Below are positions 33,053-45,827 of a stretch of 64,000 nucleotides of DNA, one piece after another. Positions within the stretch are counted from its first letter, which is position 1. Each line of letters opens with the position of its first letter. The DNA is from Selaginella moellendorffii (taxonomy: Eukaryota > Plantae > Lycopodiophyta). Where the stretch lies: contig NW_003314262.1 in assembly GCF_000143415.4 (NCBI RefSeq), positions 2,239,046 through 2,303,045 on the forward strand, read 5' to 3'. The translations under genes were made by a program, and so were the position numbers. The notes under the pieces were generated by a model, which saw nothing but the letters and a program-made list of their open reading frames with translations, was not told the DNA's origin and ran no database searches.

Positions 33053-36000
33053 ATGGCGCGCGGGCGAAGCCGCGAGGCGGGAGATGCCGCCGGGATCATC
33101 GCGCGCATCCGGGTGGAGAATTTCATGTGCCATTCCAACCTCTCGATCGATTTCGTTGACAACGTGAATTTCATCACGGGGCAGAATGGGAGTAAGTTCT
33201 CTGCTCCAAGATTTTGGGAAGAATGTAGGTTTTTTTGCCTCTTCGCAGGTGGGAAGAGCGCCATTCTCACGGCTCTGTGCATCGCATTTGGCATCAGAGC
33301 TCGCGGAACGCAACGAGCTACTTCGCTGAATGATTTTATCAAGACGGGATGCAGGTAGAGCTAAGTGTTAGATTTTAAAGCTCTTGATTGGAGTTTACAC
33401 TTACACTTTCTCATGTTTAGCTATGCGCTGGTCGTCGTGGAAATGAAGAATGAAGGCTGTGATTCCTACAAGCCGGAGAGGTACGGGAAAATGATTATAA
33501 TCGAGCGAAGGATTACTGCGACCGCTTCCACCACTGCGTTGAAAGACGAGCATGGCATGGATTTTTTTCCTTATTTCTTCGTGTTTTCATCCCTGAGTAT
33601 TTACATTGTTTCTTTCAGGTCGGAAGGTTTCGGCTAAAAAGGAAGACCTTCATGATATAATCGACCATTTCAATGTGAGTCTTCCGTAATATTTTTCCTG
33701 TTTACTGACTTGGATGCTTATAGATAGATGTCGAAAATCCTTGTGTGATCATGAGCCAAGACAAGAGCCGCGAGTTCCTGCATTCCGGAAATGACAAGGA
33801 AAAGTTTAAGGTACTTGGCTCTAATCCTTGTTGGGCTCATGACCTGCTTGTTTTTTGGGCATAGTTCTTTTACAAGGCAACTCTTTTGCAACACGTTTCG
33901 GAGCTTTTGGATGCTAACATCGGCAACATTGAATCATGCAAAGTCTATTTGAAGGCCAACGAGGAAACATTTCGGCCCTACGAGCAGAAGCTCAATAAAT
34001 TAGACTTGGAAATTCGGCGGGCAGAAAAGGTTGACGAGATGGCGCAGGAGGTCACCAACCTGCGGAAAAAACTGGCTTGGTCTCAGGTTTACGATATCGA
34101 TCGTAAAATTGAGAAGGCAGCAGGTTGCGCAGAAAAGCTTCGAGAGCGCATTCCAGTCTGCCAGGAAAGAATAGATGCACACAAGGTCAGTCTTAAGACG
34201 AGGTCATTTGTAAGGAATGTCTAATATCTCTATTACAGGCTATCCTGGGAGAGAAACGCGATGCTCATTCCAGGAAAAACACAAGCATTTCCGATCTGAT
34301 TTCTAGGAATGATAGAGCAAAGGAAGCACAGAAGAAACTATACCAAGATCTGACTGAGGTAATGGCTGTCGCCAAAAATGTGCCAGTAGTTGTAGCATTT
34401 TTTATTTGCAGGTGACACAGGAAAAGGTACAACTCGAAGAAACTCTTCGAAGTAAAGTAGCGACTTTGGAGCGGAAGCGCGGTAAAAAGCGCTCACTTGA
34501 AATGCACGTACGTGAAATGAAGGAAAAGTTCGAAGAGAACACCCAGGTGAGCTCATTCGGTGTCTGCTTTTCTTGTGATGTATTGAAAGTTGTCCAGGTG
34601 GAAGAAAATGAGAGGGTTGAAGCACTTCGAGCCCTTGAAAACGAGATCGATTTGCAAAAGGGAGAGCGAAGAAGGTAATATGTTCTTACCCAAACGCAAT
34701 GATGTAAATGTTTCCCTTTTTAAATAGAATGCAGGAAGAGGAAGAAGCGGCTTTGAGAAACTTAAACTCCGCCACTGATAGCATTTCAGAACGAAACAAA
34801 GAGGTATTGTTTATCTTTTAGATTATTAGTAAGTCGCCAATTTTCTTGTATCAGATTGAAGACCGTCGTGGAAAGGTCAGCGATTTGAATGGTTATATTA
34901 GGCGACTACAAAACCAGCAGCGTAATCGGGTGAGTGAGTTTCAAGTGTTTGACTCCTAAGCCCCTGTGGTAACATTTTCTGTAGCTTCATGCCTTTGGAG
35001 GTGAGGACGTTATAAAGCTGCTCCGGAGCATTGAAAATCATGAAAACTCTTTTACAAGACCTCCCATTGGTCCGATTGGAGCACATGTCGTGAGTTAACC
35101 AACGTTTTAAAGTTTTTTGGCATATAACTTTGTGATTTTAAGGCTCTGGCAGGAGATGATACGTGGGCGCTCGCTGTTGAAGTAGCTGTTGGAAGATTGC
35201 TAAACGCTTTTGTTGTGACCAACCACCAGGACATGCTTGCTCTTCGTAGACTTGCTCGTAACTGCAATTATACGAACCTACCGATTATAATCTACAACTT
35301 CGAACACCCACTGTATGTACCTCATGAATTTTTTGTTGTTCTTAGCCATTTTTCTTTTCTCATCTTTCAGGTTGAACCTGCCACCACGGATGCTTCCAAA
35401 TCCGGACCTCATCACTGTGATGTCGGTTCTCCAGTCTGAAAACCATATCGTCAAAAACGTCTTGGTCGATCATGTAAGGTATTCAGGCAGGTCTTACTTT
35501 TATCTGTTCTTTTTTATCTCTTCCAGGGATCTGTTGAGAGACAAGTCCTGGTTGAGAATTACCAGGAAGGCGTACGCGTGGTTTTCAACACGAGAGCGCC
35601 AAACGTGAAGGAGGCCTTTACGAGGTCCGGTGAGAAAATGTAAGGGTTGATACATGAGCCAGTTTTAGTCGTCTGAAGTGTGTATTGTCCAGGTTTATGA
35701 GAGCGGGAGGCCAAACAACACTCCCGAAAGACAGAAATATACGAGGTGGGCGACTGGAAGCGGGTATCGAGCAGCGAATTACAGAAGCGGAAAGTGACCT
35801 TTCAAGAGTTGTCGAAGAGCTCAGATTATTGGAATCACAAAAGCGAAGTGCTGAGGCCTCCCTTCAAGATTTAAGACGTCACCTCGAGAAATCCAGGGTA
35901 AACTTTGCTCCTCGTTATGCTTTAGAATTTGAAGTGGATGTATACAGAGAGCAAACGCGGAAGTCAGTCAAAGCATCTCAAGGAAAGAACTTCGATTGCG

Positions 36001-37664
36001 CGATCTAAAATTTCAAGCAGAACAAGCAGCAAGTGCAACTATGCCTAACACGGAAGAGCTTGAAACCGAAATTTTGGTACTTCAATCGTCTCATGCATGG
36101 AAGTTGATATATATTTTCTTAAATCAGGATACAGAAGCGGAAGCTCGAAAACTCGAGCGTGTGATTGAAGACCTCAGAAGTAAAGTCGTTGATGTCAATG
36201 CCAAACAGCAAGATGCCAAGTCCAAGCATGATAGCTTCTTGGGTAAGTTTTATCTGTATTGTGGCTTTTCCTCAGCTGTCGCAATCGCAGATTCCACCAA
36301 AGATGATGCCGAAGCTCTTAGAAAAGCTGCCGATGAGTTGCAAGCATTGCAAGAGGAAGCAGACGAGGCCGCTAACGTAAGGAGTTACTTTACAAAGTTT
36401 GTTTCTGATCCTCATTCCCACAGGCCGTTGCTCATTTCACAAAAATCATGAAAGACAGGGTGCTTCCTGAGTTGCAAATAGCAGAGGAAGAATTGAAACG
36501 CCTTCAAAGCGAGCGTGAGGTGGGTGTCTGCTTAGTTGCACTTTGGCTGCTAATGTTTGTTATCATGCTTTGCAGGAAAACGCGCAGAAAGCGTCACAGA
36601 TATGCCCAGAGGAAGAAGTCGAGAGGCTGGGCGGAGTGTCGGATTCCACAGTTAAACTGAACACAAGCTTAGAACGTCTTATGGACCAAGTGAGTCGTGA
36701 AGAAAGGTGGGCAGCATTTAAAGTTTTCGTGATTTGTTAGTCATTTCTCTCGGCTTTCCTGTTTAGGCACATCACCCCAGTGGACGAACTTCAGCGAAAG
36801 AAGTCGAAACTGGAAAAGAAGGTCTTCAAGAAGAAGCATCTTCACGTGGATCTGAAGCAAAGAATAGAGGTAGCATCGTTTGTGGCTTTCTCGTTGTTCA
36901 AGGCTTTTTTTTTTTTTTTTGCAGGCGATAGACGATGTGTATGCGTCGAGACGCTCCAAGTTTGAGCACAACACTGCTTACCTCAGTCGCCAATTGAGAT
37001 GGAGGTTTGATTGCCAACTCTTGTGCCACTGTTTAACGTCTTTTCTATTTTTCTTTGTAGGTTCAATGACCATCTTAAAAGGAAGGGGTTCAGTGGAAGA
37101 GTGAAAATCGACTATGAAGCCAAGACTTTGAAGCTTGAGGTATGATTATTTCCAAGTGTGGTTGATTTTAACTTGGCTTTACTGGCAGGTTCAAATGCCG
37201 CAAGATGCCTCAAACAGCGCAGTGAAAGATACAAGAGCCCTTTCTGGTAACTTTGATACTTCTCTAGGCATGAACGAGCAAGTTTTGTGCTTTTCTCTTG
37301 CAGGCGGAGAGAGATCTTTCTCCACTCTATGTTTCGCCTTGGCGCTCCACGAGATGACGGAGTCTCCATTTCGTGCAATGGACGAGTTCGACGTGTTCAT
37401 GGTAAGTTTCCTTCGTGTTCATGTACTTGCTTACGCTCTCGTCTGACAGGATGCGATCAGCCGGCGAATCAGCCTGGAAACCGTGGTGGATTTCGCGATC
37501 CAAGAAGGATCTCAGTGGATTTTCATCACGCCCAACGACATCAGGTACCTCTCTCGTTTAGATTTTTTTCTGGTGGATTTGAGCTTCTTGTTTCCTGGTT
37601 TTTTAGCTCCGTGAAGGATCACCCAAAGATAAAGAAGCAGCAAATGTCAGCTCCTCGTCTATAG
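33053..37664 (+). CDS. SMC6: Structural maintenance of chromosomes protein 6, copy A (many short introns)
   Basis: ENFMCHSNL, Walker [24 protein letters not shown], hinge PPIGPIG, signature LSGGERSF, Walker B/D-loop [11 protein letters not shown] and WIFITP. Confidence 0.95.
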
Positions 37665-37880
37665 ACGAAGAATTTTTCGTACCAACAGTAAAATGGTTTT
37701 AACTAGCAGTACAATTTTCCGCACGCGGGCTGATTTAACTGCTGCCAATAGAATCTGGGAGTATGAGATTCTAGGAATATTAATGAAAAGAAGCGGCGAA
37801 CTGGGGGATCCTGGGCCGTTAGATGCGCAAAGATCTAACGAGCCATTTTGAAATGGTTGTTTAGGGTTTTAGTTCTAGCT

Positions 37881-40800
37881 ATGTTGACGCTAACGTGGAG
37901 GGGCGAGGATCAGGGTGTCGCGGGTGTGATCTCGCGCATCAAGCTCGTCAATTTCTTATGCCACAGCAATCTTTCAATCGATCTCGGCGACAATGTCAAT
38001 TTCTTGACGGGGCAAAATGGAAGTAAGAGCGAGATTTTAGCTTGGATTTGAGTTTTCCCCATTCTTTTTGTTTTCTCAGGCGGCAAGAGCGCCATTCTGG
38101 CCGCGCTGTGCATCGCGTTTGGGAGCAAGGCGCGTGGGACGCAACGGTTTTCTTCTTGGAAGGATTTTATCAAAATTGGATCAAAGTAAGCAAAGTTCCC
38201 CTGTTTTTTATTCTGGACTAGCATTGTTTCTGTTCTAGGTCTGCTTTGGTAGTGGTAGAGTTAAAAAATGAAGGGTCAGATGCTTGTAAGCCAAATCTGT
38301 ATGGCAAGACGATAGTGATTGAGCGGAGAATCACTGCTGGAAGCAACACTATTGTCTTGAAAAATCACCGAGGTTGGTTTTCTATCGTGCAAGGGATTTA
38401 CTTCTTTCGTATTGTGCATTCCAGGTGAAAAACTTTCTTCAAACAAGCAGGATTTGTGCGATGTGATCGACCATTTCAGTGTAAGCTAAGATTGTATTTT
38501 TAAAATTTTCTACTTTCCTACTGTCACCTTTTTTTTGTAGATTGACACGGAAAACCCGTGTGTGATTATGTCTCAAGACATGAGTCGAGATTTTCTGAGT
38601 GCTGGTAGCGAGAAAGAGAAATTCAAGGTAACAATAGCTTTCGTTTCCAAGCTAAAGGTGGTCTGACATTTCCAAGCTAAAGGTGGTCTGACATATGCTT
38701 ATGCTGTAGTTTTACTTCAAGGCAACTCTTTTGGAGAAAGTCTTGAAATTGCTGGATATGAACGCAAAGACTATTCAAGTGTGTTGTGATTGCCTTCAAA
38801 AGGACAGGAAATCTTTTGAAGTGCTCGAACGGGATCTGGTGAAGATAGAAGAGAAACTTCTCCATGCGGAACAAGTGGATGAACTTGCCGAAGAAGTTTG
38901 CACCTTGCGAAAGAGATTGGCTTGGGCTGTAGTTTATGAGACAGACAAGAAACTCGAAGACATCCAAGCATTTGTAAGTGAACTCAAGCAGCTTATACTT
39001 CTAGCTGAAGAGGACATCAAGATGCAAACAGTGAGCAGTTTGGTCTTTTATTTGTTGGATGTCTGAGGTTTTTGCCTTGCAGCAATTACTTGCAGAGACA
39101 CGACTCTCTCATTCCCACCTAGAAGAAAACGTCTCTGATCTTGTAGCAAGGAAAGACAGAGCTGAGGAGACACGTACAAAACTCATGGAAGAGCTGGCTG
39201 AGGTGAAGTCCTTAAATTTTAGTTCAACGTATTTGATGTTGTAGTACAGATTTCAGTTGAGGAAGCGCAGCTGAAAGGGGGTGTTGAGAACAAGGAAAGT
39301 GTCTTGCATGCAAAACGAATTAGAAAGCAGTCTTTGGAGCAGCATGTCCAGGAGATGGAAGAGAATTTCGTACGATGTTCCCACGTAGGAAATGAGTTCT
39401 TGCTGGAAGTGCTTTCTTATAGTGTTTTCAGGAGGAGGAAACACAATGGCATGCATCCTTTCAAGCTACGCAAAGCGATGTGAATCATTTGAGAGATCAA
39501 CTTGAAAGGTATTTTATGCAACATGTCCATCTATGAGACTCTGGTGATCAAGTGTAGGCAACGAGAAGAGGAAGCGAATTTACGAAAGAGATGGGAAGAA
39601 CTTGAGGCCGCAATCGCAAGCATGAACAACGAGGTACATTTGCTTTGCATTCCGTCGTCAGTGCTGTGGATTTCTTCGATTTAGATGGGTGACAAGCGTC
39701 GAGAAATGCATGATTTGGAGGGACATATCAAGAGCCTTTCATCTCAGCAACGAAACAGGGTATGCATCAATCTCGAACTGTTTTCTAAAGGGTGATTGCC
39801 TTTCGCTTTTGTAGATTCACGCGTTCGGTGGAGAAAAAGTGATATATCTTCTGCAAGCTATTGAAAGGAATCAGAGCTTATTCACAAGACCACCTGTCGG
39901 CCCAATCGGGGCCCATCTCGTAAGTTTCCTCTTGTATTTCTTCCAACTCCTTTTTCTTTTCTATTCAAGGCTTTGATTGGAGGGAGTGCATGGGCAATAG
40001 CTGTGGAAGTCGCGATAGGAAGGTTGATGGAAGCTTTTATAGTGAACACTCACGAAGATTGTTTGGTTCTTCGCGGGCTTGCTCGTCAATGCGGTTTACA
40101 TCAGCTCCTGATTATAATTTACAACTTTGACATTCCACCGTGAGTATGATATATGTCTGTGCTCCTTACTAAACCCCGTGGTCCTTTCTCTTCCAAGGCT
40201 AAACCTTCCACACTGGAGCCTTCCCGATCATAACTTAGTGACTGTAATGTCGATTTTGGAAGCTGGCTGCACCACAGTCAAGAATGTGCTAATCGATCAT
40301 GTAAGTAGCTTCGGACGAGAAAATTGTGTATGACTGTCTTTGATGTAGGGAGGCATGGAACGACAGGTTTTGGTGGAGAATTATGCTGAAGCTGCAAGGC
40401 TAGCTGATTCTCGTCGGACTAACGTGAACGAGATTTTTCAGAAAGACGGAGTAAAATGGTATACTTCTTTTCTGGTGTTGGCATGTTTTGTAATTCTGTT
40501 CGGTTACAGGATTTTCAGAGCTGGTGCTCAGACTGTACTTCCAAAACATCGGAGTTTGCGAGGTGGTCGTCTACAAAACGATATTGGAGCAAATATTTGT
40601 CAATTCCGTGGTGACGTATCTCGACTAACAGCAGAGATAATCTCGATTGAAGCTCAGAAGAGAAATGCCGAGGATGAGATCCGAGAGATCAGGCGTGACC
40701 TTGACAGTTTTGTGGTGATCGTTGTTTCACTGATTGCAATTGTCTTCTTAACTATCCTACGTAAAATGTGCAGACGCAGCAAAGAGATACTCAGCGTCTT

Positions 40801-42520
40801 CTTTCCACTAAAGAGTTTTGTCTTCGTGACTTGAGGAGTCAGGCTGAGGTAGCTGCACGAGGAGCCATGCCAAACATTGGAGGGCTTGAAGACAATATAC
40901 TCGTAAGCTACAGATATTGAATCGGTCAAGATTTACCTTCTCAAGTTTCCAGGTTACGGAAGCTGAAGCCTTGGAACTGGAACGGGAGATTAGAGAACTC
41001 CGACTTAAACACGCCGGTGCTCGAGAAAGAAAAGAGCTTTCCTCGTCTCGACTTGATTCCTTTGAAGGTAGTTTACAGTCTTGTTTCCAACCAGTGCGTG
41101 AAAAAACTGCCATTTCCTCCAGATTCGGTTCGAGATGATGTAGAAGCTCTCGAAAACTCGGCGTCTGAGCTGCGGGCTTTGCAGGACAAGGCAGTAGATG
41201 TTTGTCAAGTAAGGACTGCATGACCAATGCTTCTCTAACTCTTCTTGCAGAGGTTGGAGGCCTTGAAAAGTAATCTAAAGAACAGTCACCAAGCGGTGAA
41301 TGATGCGAAAGAGAATGCGGCAAAGCTGCAAGAAATTAGGCAGGTGAGTAGCATACCAGTTTCGTTTCGAAGCTAATGTTCTTCTAATCAAAATCTGTAG
41401 GAAGACGCTTGCAAAGCTTTGGGGATTTGCAGTGAAGAGGAGTTGCAAGAAATTGGAGGTGTTGCCGACACAAGGAAGCGACTTCAAGCTCGTTACAACG
41501 CTCTTACTAGTCGATCAGTGCGAGAGTAATTGTCACCGATGCACTGTCGTTTCAACATTTTTTCTAACTTTGCCTTCTGTTTCTCTAGGAGTAACGTATC
41601 AGTGGATGAGCTTCAGCATCAGAGGCGCAAATTGATAAAGCAAATCTCGAGTAGGAAGCGGAAGAATTCTCAACTAGAGGAAAAAGTCGATGTAAGGCAA
41701 ATTGCTTGTTCATTCTCACCGAGCGAGCTTACCCTCGGGTGTTTTCGTTTATATTGACAGGATATAGCGACGCGGCACAAGAAACGGTGCGAGAAGTTTG
41801 AGACGAGCTCTAGCCTTCTGAAAAAACAACTTCAATGGGAGTAAGAATTTGAAATGCGAAGCGTTGATGGAGTTGATCATGTATGACATGTTTGGCGCAG
41901 ATTCAATGGTCATCTCAGGAGAAATCTTTTCCACGGTCGCGTTCAAGTGGATTACGAATCGAAGACGCTTAAACTAGAGGTGGATCATGTTCTTCTTTTT
42001 TCTTTTCTTCCTCCCTTGACTTATTGAAGAACAACTTACCAGGTTTGTGTGCCACATGACTCTAGCTCTGTCAAGGACATGCGGTCTCTATCAGGTATAG
42101 TTTTTTCGTCTCGTCGTGTTGATCTCACAGTTTTCTACAATCGCCACAGGGGGAGAGAGATCCTTTTGCACACTGAGCTTTGCGCTAGCTCTACACGGAA
42201 TGACAAACGCGTCGTTTCGTGCGATGGACGAGTTCGATGTGTTTATGGTGAGAACTCTCTCGTCTTCTTGGCTGCGTTTTCTTACAGCCCTCTTGACTTC
42301 CAGGACGATGTTTCGCGAAAAAGCAGCTTGGAAACGCTCGTAGCGTTTGCGATCGAGCAAGGCTCCCAGTGGATATTTATCACACCCAACGATATCAAGT
42401 ACGAGAGTTTTATATGCTTTGGAACTTGCTAATCCATTGGATTTAAGCAGTTTATTGCGAGCTCATCCTAAAGTCAAGATAATGGAGCTGCCATCACCGC
42501 GTCCAGTCGCGCGAGAATAG
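37881..42520 (+). CDS. SMC6: SMC6, tandem copy B (diverged; start uncertain)
   Basis: Same motif order and intron positions as copy A: [53 protein letters not shown]. No stop seen in the exons I spliced by eye. Confidence 0.9.
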
Positions 42521-43448
42521 TAAAAATTTCTAAAGGAAACTCTTCTCGACTTCTAACAAAACATTGCTTCGTTCCTAAAGATTATATTATAGAGGTAAAT
42601 ATTTCTATCTCGACTTCTAACAAATTTTTTGGATTGTCCCGCTTGAGGCTATATTATAGAGATTAGTGTGTATAGATTTAATCACAAGTGGACCACGGAA
42701 GGTCTTTCTAGCAACAAGGCTTACGTGCAAAGCATTAACATGGACAGGCTTGACGACGTGGAAGGAAATAAAAACAAACAAAACATGGTCAATGGTCTCG
42801 ACCACGAGACCTGGTATATTCCCCGCTCCATGAAGGGGATGTATTCAAAGCTTCTGCCTGGGCTGCGAGCTCGTGTGGTTTTGGCATTTTGGATGGATCT
42901 TTCTTAGCGCCTGGCAGGGATCAAGATTGGCGCGATCACGATCGCGATCGCAAGGCTTGGCGCGCGATCGCGATTTTCGGATTTTGTGCCAGTGCCGCGG
43001 AGCAGAGCAGCGCAGGGATCGGTCAGGCAGTCAGGTCGCTCTTCTTTGGATCGAGGCCGAGCGCAGCGCGAGTAGCGATTGTTTCTCGTCCTCGCGGCAG
43101 TAAATGCGTCGCTCGTAACGCTTGGCGATCCATTTACTGCTGGAGTCGGCTCCAATCGCTGGCTAGGGTTTGAGCAAGATCTCCTGCGAGCTCGAAATTC
43201 TTGTTCTTGGTGATCGTCCAGCTCGAAATATCGGCTCCAGAGCGAGAATCGCGAATTCTCCTCGCTGGTAACAGTGATCTAGGATGAGGCGCCGGCTCAA
43301 GGGAAAGGTCAGTGCCGGGTTCTCTGAAAGTGCTCGAGACCCGGTCTGAGTAGTCGCGGTCTTGGATTCCGGCTGCCACATTTTAATTCCACTCCATCGA
43401 TCTTTATTCCCCATGATCATGGCGTAGCTCGATCATAGGAAGCGAAGG

Positions 43449-45210
43449 ATGGATGGAGCTCTGGGATTGATACTTGGCATCTCAATTGGCCTAGGAATTG
43501 GGCTGCTCCTCGCCTGCGCGGTGTTTCTTTGCATCCGGGCGAACAGGCGGAGGATCGAGAGGAGGAATTGGAGCGAGCGGAGCACGGCGGTGCTGCCCAT
43601 CCGTGTGAATGGCGTCGACTCCAGCTCGGTGATGTCCGATTCGTCGACTGCGCCGCAAGCTCTAGCTTCCAAGGAGGCTGGCTTGTTTACTTCGTGGTTG
43701 GGTGGAAGAGGAAAACGCTTCACTGCCATCAATGCTGGGATCACAAGATTTTCATACAGGTATGGAGAAGAAAGGAGAGATCGACTTTAGTTTTTCTTCC
43801 AAGTTTCGCTAAGTTGTCGCTCTCTTTCAGGGAGTTGCAAAAGGCCACTAACAATTTTACGACGCTGTTGGGCCAGGGAGCGTTTGGCCCAGTGTACAGA
43901 GCAACGCAGCCTTCCGGGGTTGTGTTGGCCGTCAAGGTTTTGGCGTCAAACTCCAAACAAGGCGAGAGGGAGTTTGAGACTGAGGTAAGATTGACACACT
44001 TCTAGCAAGCTTAGAGTGATGGTTTTTCCTGGTTTTGTTTTCTCGCTTGGACCAACCAGGTGATCCTTATGGGACGATTGCATCACAGAAATCTAGTGAA
44101 TCTGGTGGGATATTGTACCGAGCGAGAGCACAGGATGCTTGTGTACGAGTACATGAGCAATGGCAGCCTTGCAGACCTTTTGAGCAGTGAGAGTGAAGTT
44201 TTTTCTTTCTACTTTTCAATGACCCTTCGCCTTCCCTTGCAGGCAAGGAGCCCCTGAAGTGGGACTGGAGAGTTCGGGTTTCCCAAGATATTGCCAGAGG
44301 GATCGAGTACCTGCACGACGGGGTAAGTGATTTCTATCATGTATCTTTGATTTGCCCTTGCACGCTAGTTTTCTTATTCTAACTCTCTCAGGCAGTACCG
44401 CCCGTGATCCACCGGGATATAAAATCCGCAAACGTTTTGCTGGATTACTCAATGCGAGCGCGCGTAAGCGAGGTGTTTTTTCTTTGATGACAGCGACTTA
44501 ACAAAAAAAAAAACTCTCGCGTTCCTCCAGGTTGCTGATTTTGGACTCTCGAAAGAGCTGAGTGACGACGTCGCCGTATCGGGCTTCAGGGGGACCTTCG
44601 GCTATATCGATCCGCAATTCATTGCCACGAAGACATTCACGGAGAAGAGCGACGTGTACAGCTTTGGCGTCCTGCTGTTCGAGATCATCACGGGACGAAG
44701 TCCACAACAGGGACTCATGGACTACGTCCAGTTGGTACGAGCACCAAACTCACTTAAACTTCTTCGCCGGTTGCTCACACGACATTCTCTTCAACGCTCT
44801 TGCAGGCAGCGATGGACAGCGACAGTGTGGGCTGGACGGAGCTGGCCGACATCCGGCTGGACGGGAAGTGTAACTTGGACGAAGTGGCGGCCATGGCCTC
44901 GATCGCCCACTCGTGCTTGGAACCTCTCCCGTCCAAGCGACCAAGGATGCGAGAGGTCGCACAGAGCCTCCAGCTGATCGGTAAGAAACGATTGCTCGTA
45001 ACAACAGATACAATAGACCAAGCTCTCGATCATCAACGCCACCATGATCATGGTCCGCAAGATCATCGTCACCAAGTTCCCTACGGTGCTCATCGCGGTC
45101 ACCAGCAGCAGCTAGAACTGGAAGCCGGTGTAAATGGAAATGGGCTTCCCAGAGGTGAATGGAGTAAACCATTCCACCAACAAGAGCACGAACCAACAGA
45201 CCAACAATAA
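43449..45210 (+). CDS. Membrane-anchored receptor-like kinase, CRLK1-like
   Basis: N-terminal TM GLILGISIGLGIGLLLA, then ELQKATNNFTTLLGQGAFGPVY, AVKVL, HRDIKSAN, DFGLS and GTFGYIDP. Confidence 0.92.
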
Positions 45211-45265
45211 CGAACAACTCAAAAGAAGTATTACCACTTCCTACTGTAAGATAAAAAAAATGCTT

Positions 45266-45350
45266 TGGGGTGAGAGAGGCTCGAACTCCCGACCTCAGGA
45301 TTTCCCAGAAGCTATGAGACCTACGCGCTAGCCAACTGCGCCACCACCCC
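45266..45350 (-). tRNA. tRNA-Met (elongator, CAT) with an 11-nt intron at 45302-45312
   Basis: GGGGTGGTGGCGCAGTTGGCTAGCGCGTAGGTCTCATA-[GCTTCTGGGAA]-ATCCTGAGGTCGGGAGTTCGAGCCTCTCTCACCCCA, followed by a T8 Pol III terminator. Confidence 0.96.
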
Positions 45351-45827
45351 TTAGTGATAATGTCCTATGATTAGGACGTAATTTTTTTGCTGGCGAAGGA
45401 TGACACTATAAATTACGTACGCAAAAGTCGAGCTATAAAACACGCGTCTTTCTACTTGTCAGTCATGCCGTACTTCCACGAAAGAAAACCAAATAGAAGG
45501 AGAATATGCTATCATGCCGGGAGAATATGCTTCCCGCGTCTATAGATCGCGTCAGCTGCGGGATTGAATGGTGGCCGTCCACGTGTCGTTTGCCCTGGAT
45601 AAAAGTTTGGGGGTTAAGTGTTTATATTTGAAAATCGTTTAATCGGGAGTTTGTAGCTAGGACGCATCGCGCCGGCGGCAGCAACGCTGCTAGGTCAGGG
45701 CGCGGGGCTGCCAGGTCGCCGGCATTTCTTCCCTGTGGATTCCTTGCGCCAGGGTTGTTCTCGCTTCGATAGATCCACAGGGTTTGGTTTTTTCGATTCT
45801 CCTTTTCTTCTCGTCTATCGATCGGCG

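Noticed and set aside
38644-38693. 25-bp perfect tandem duplication in SMC6B
   Set aside because: Intronic, with no effect on the reading frame.
30381-42520. Wadjet-like SMC plus nuclease defence system
   Set aside because: Only proximity supports it. Unrelated genes intervene, and eukaryotic gene order is weak evidence.
42873-43420. Short GC-rich ORFs upstream of the kinase
   Set aside because: No recognisable motifs; more likely promoter or 5' UTR.
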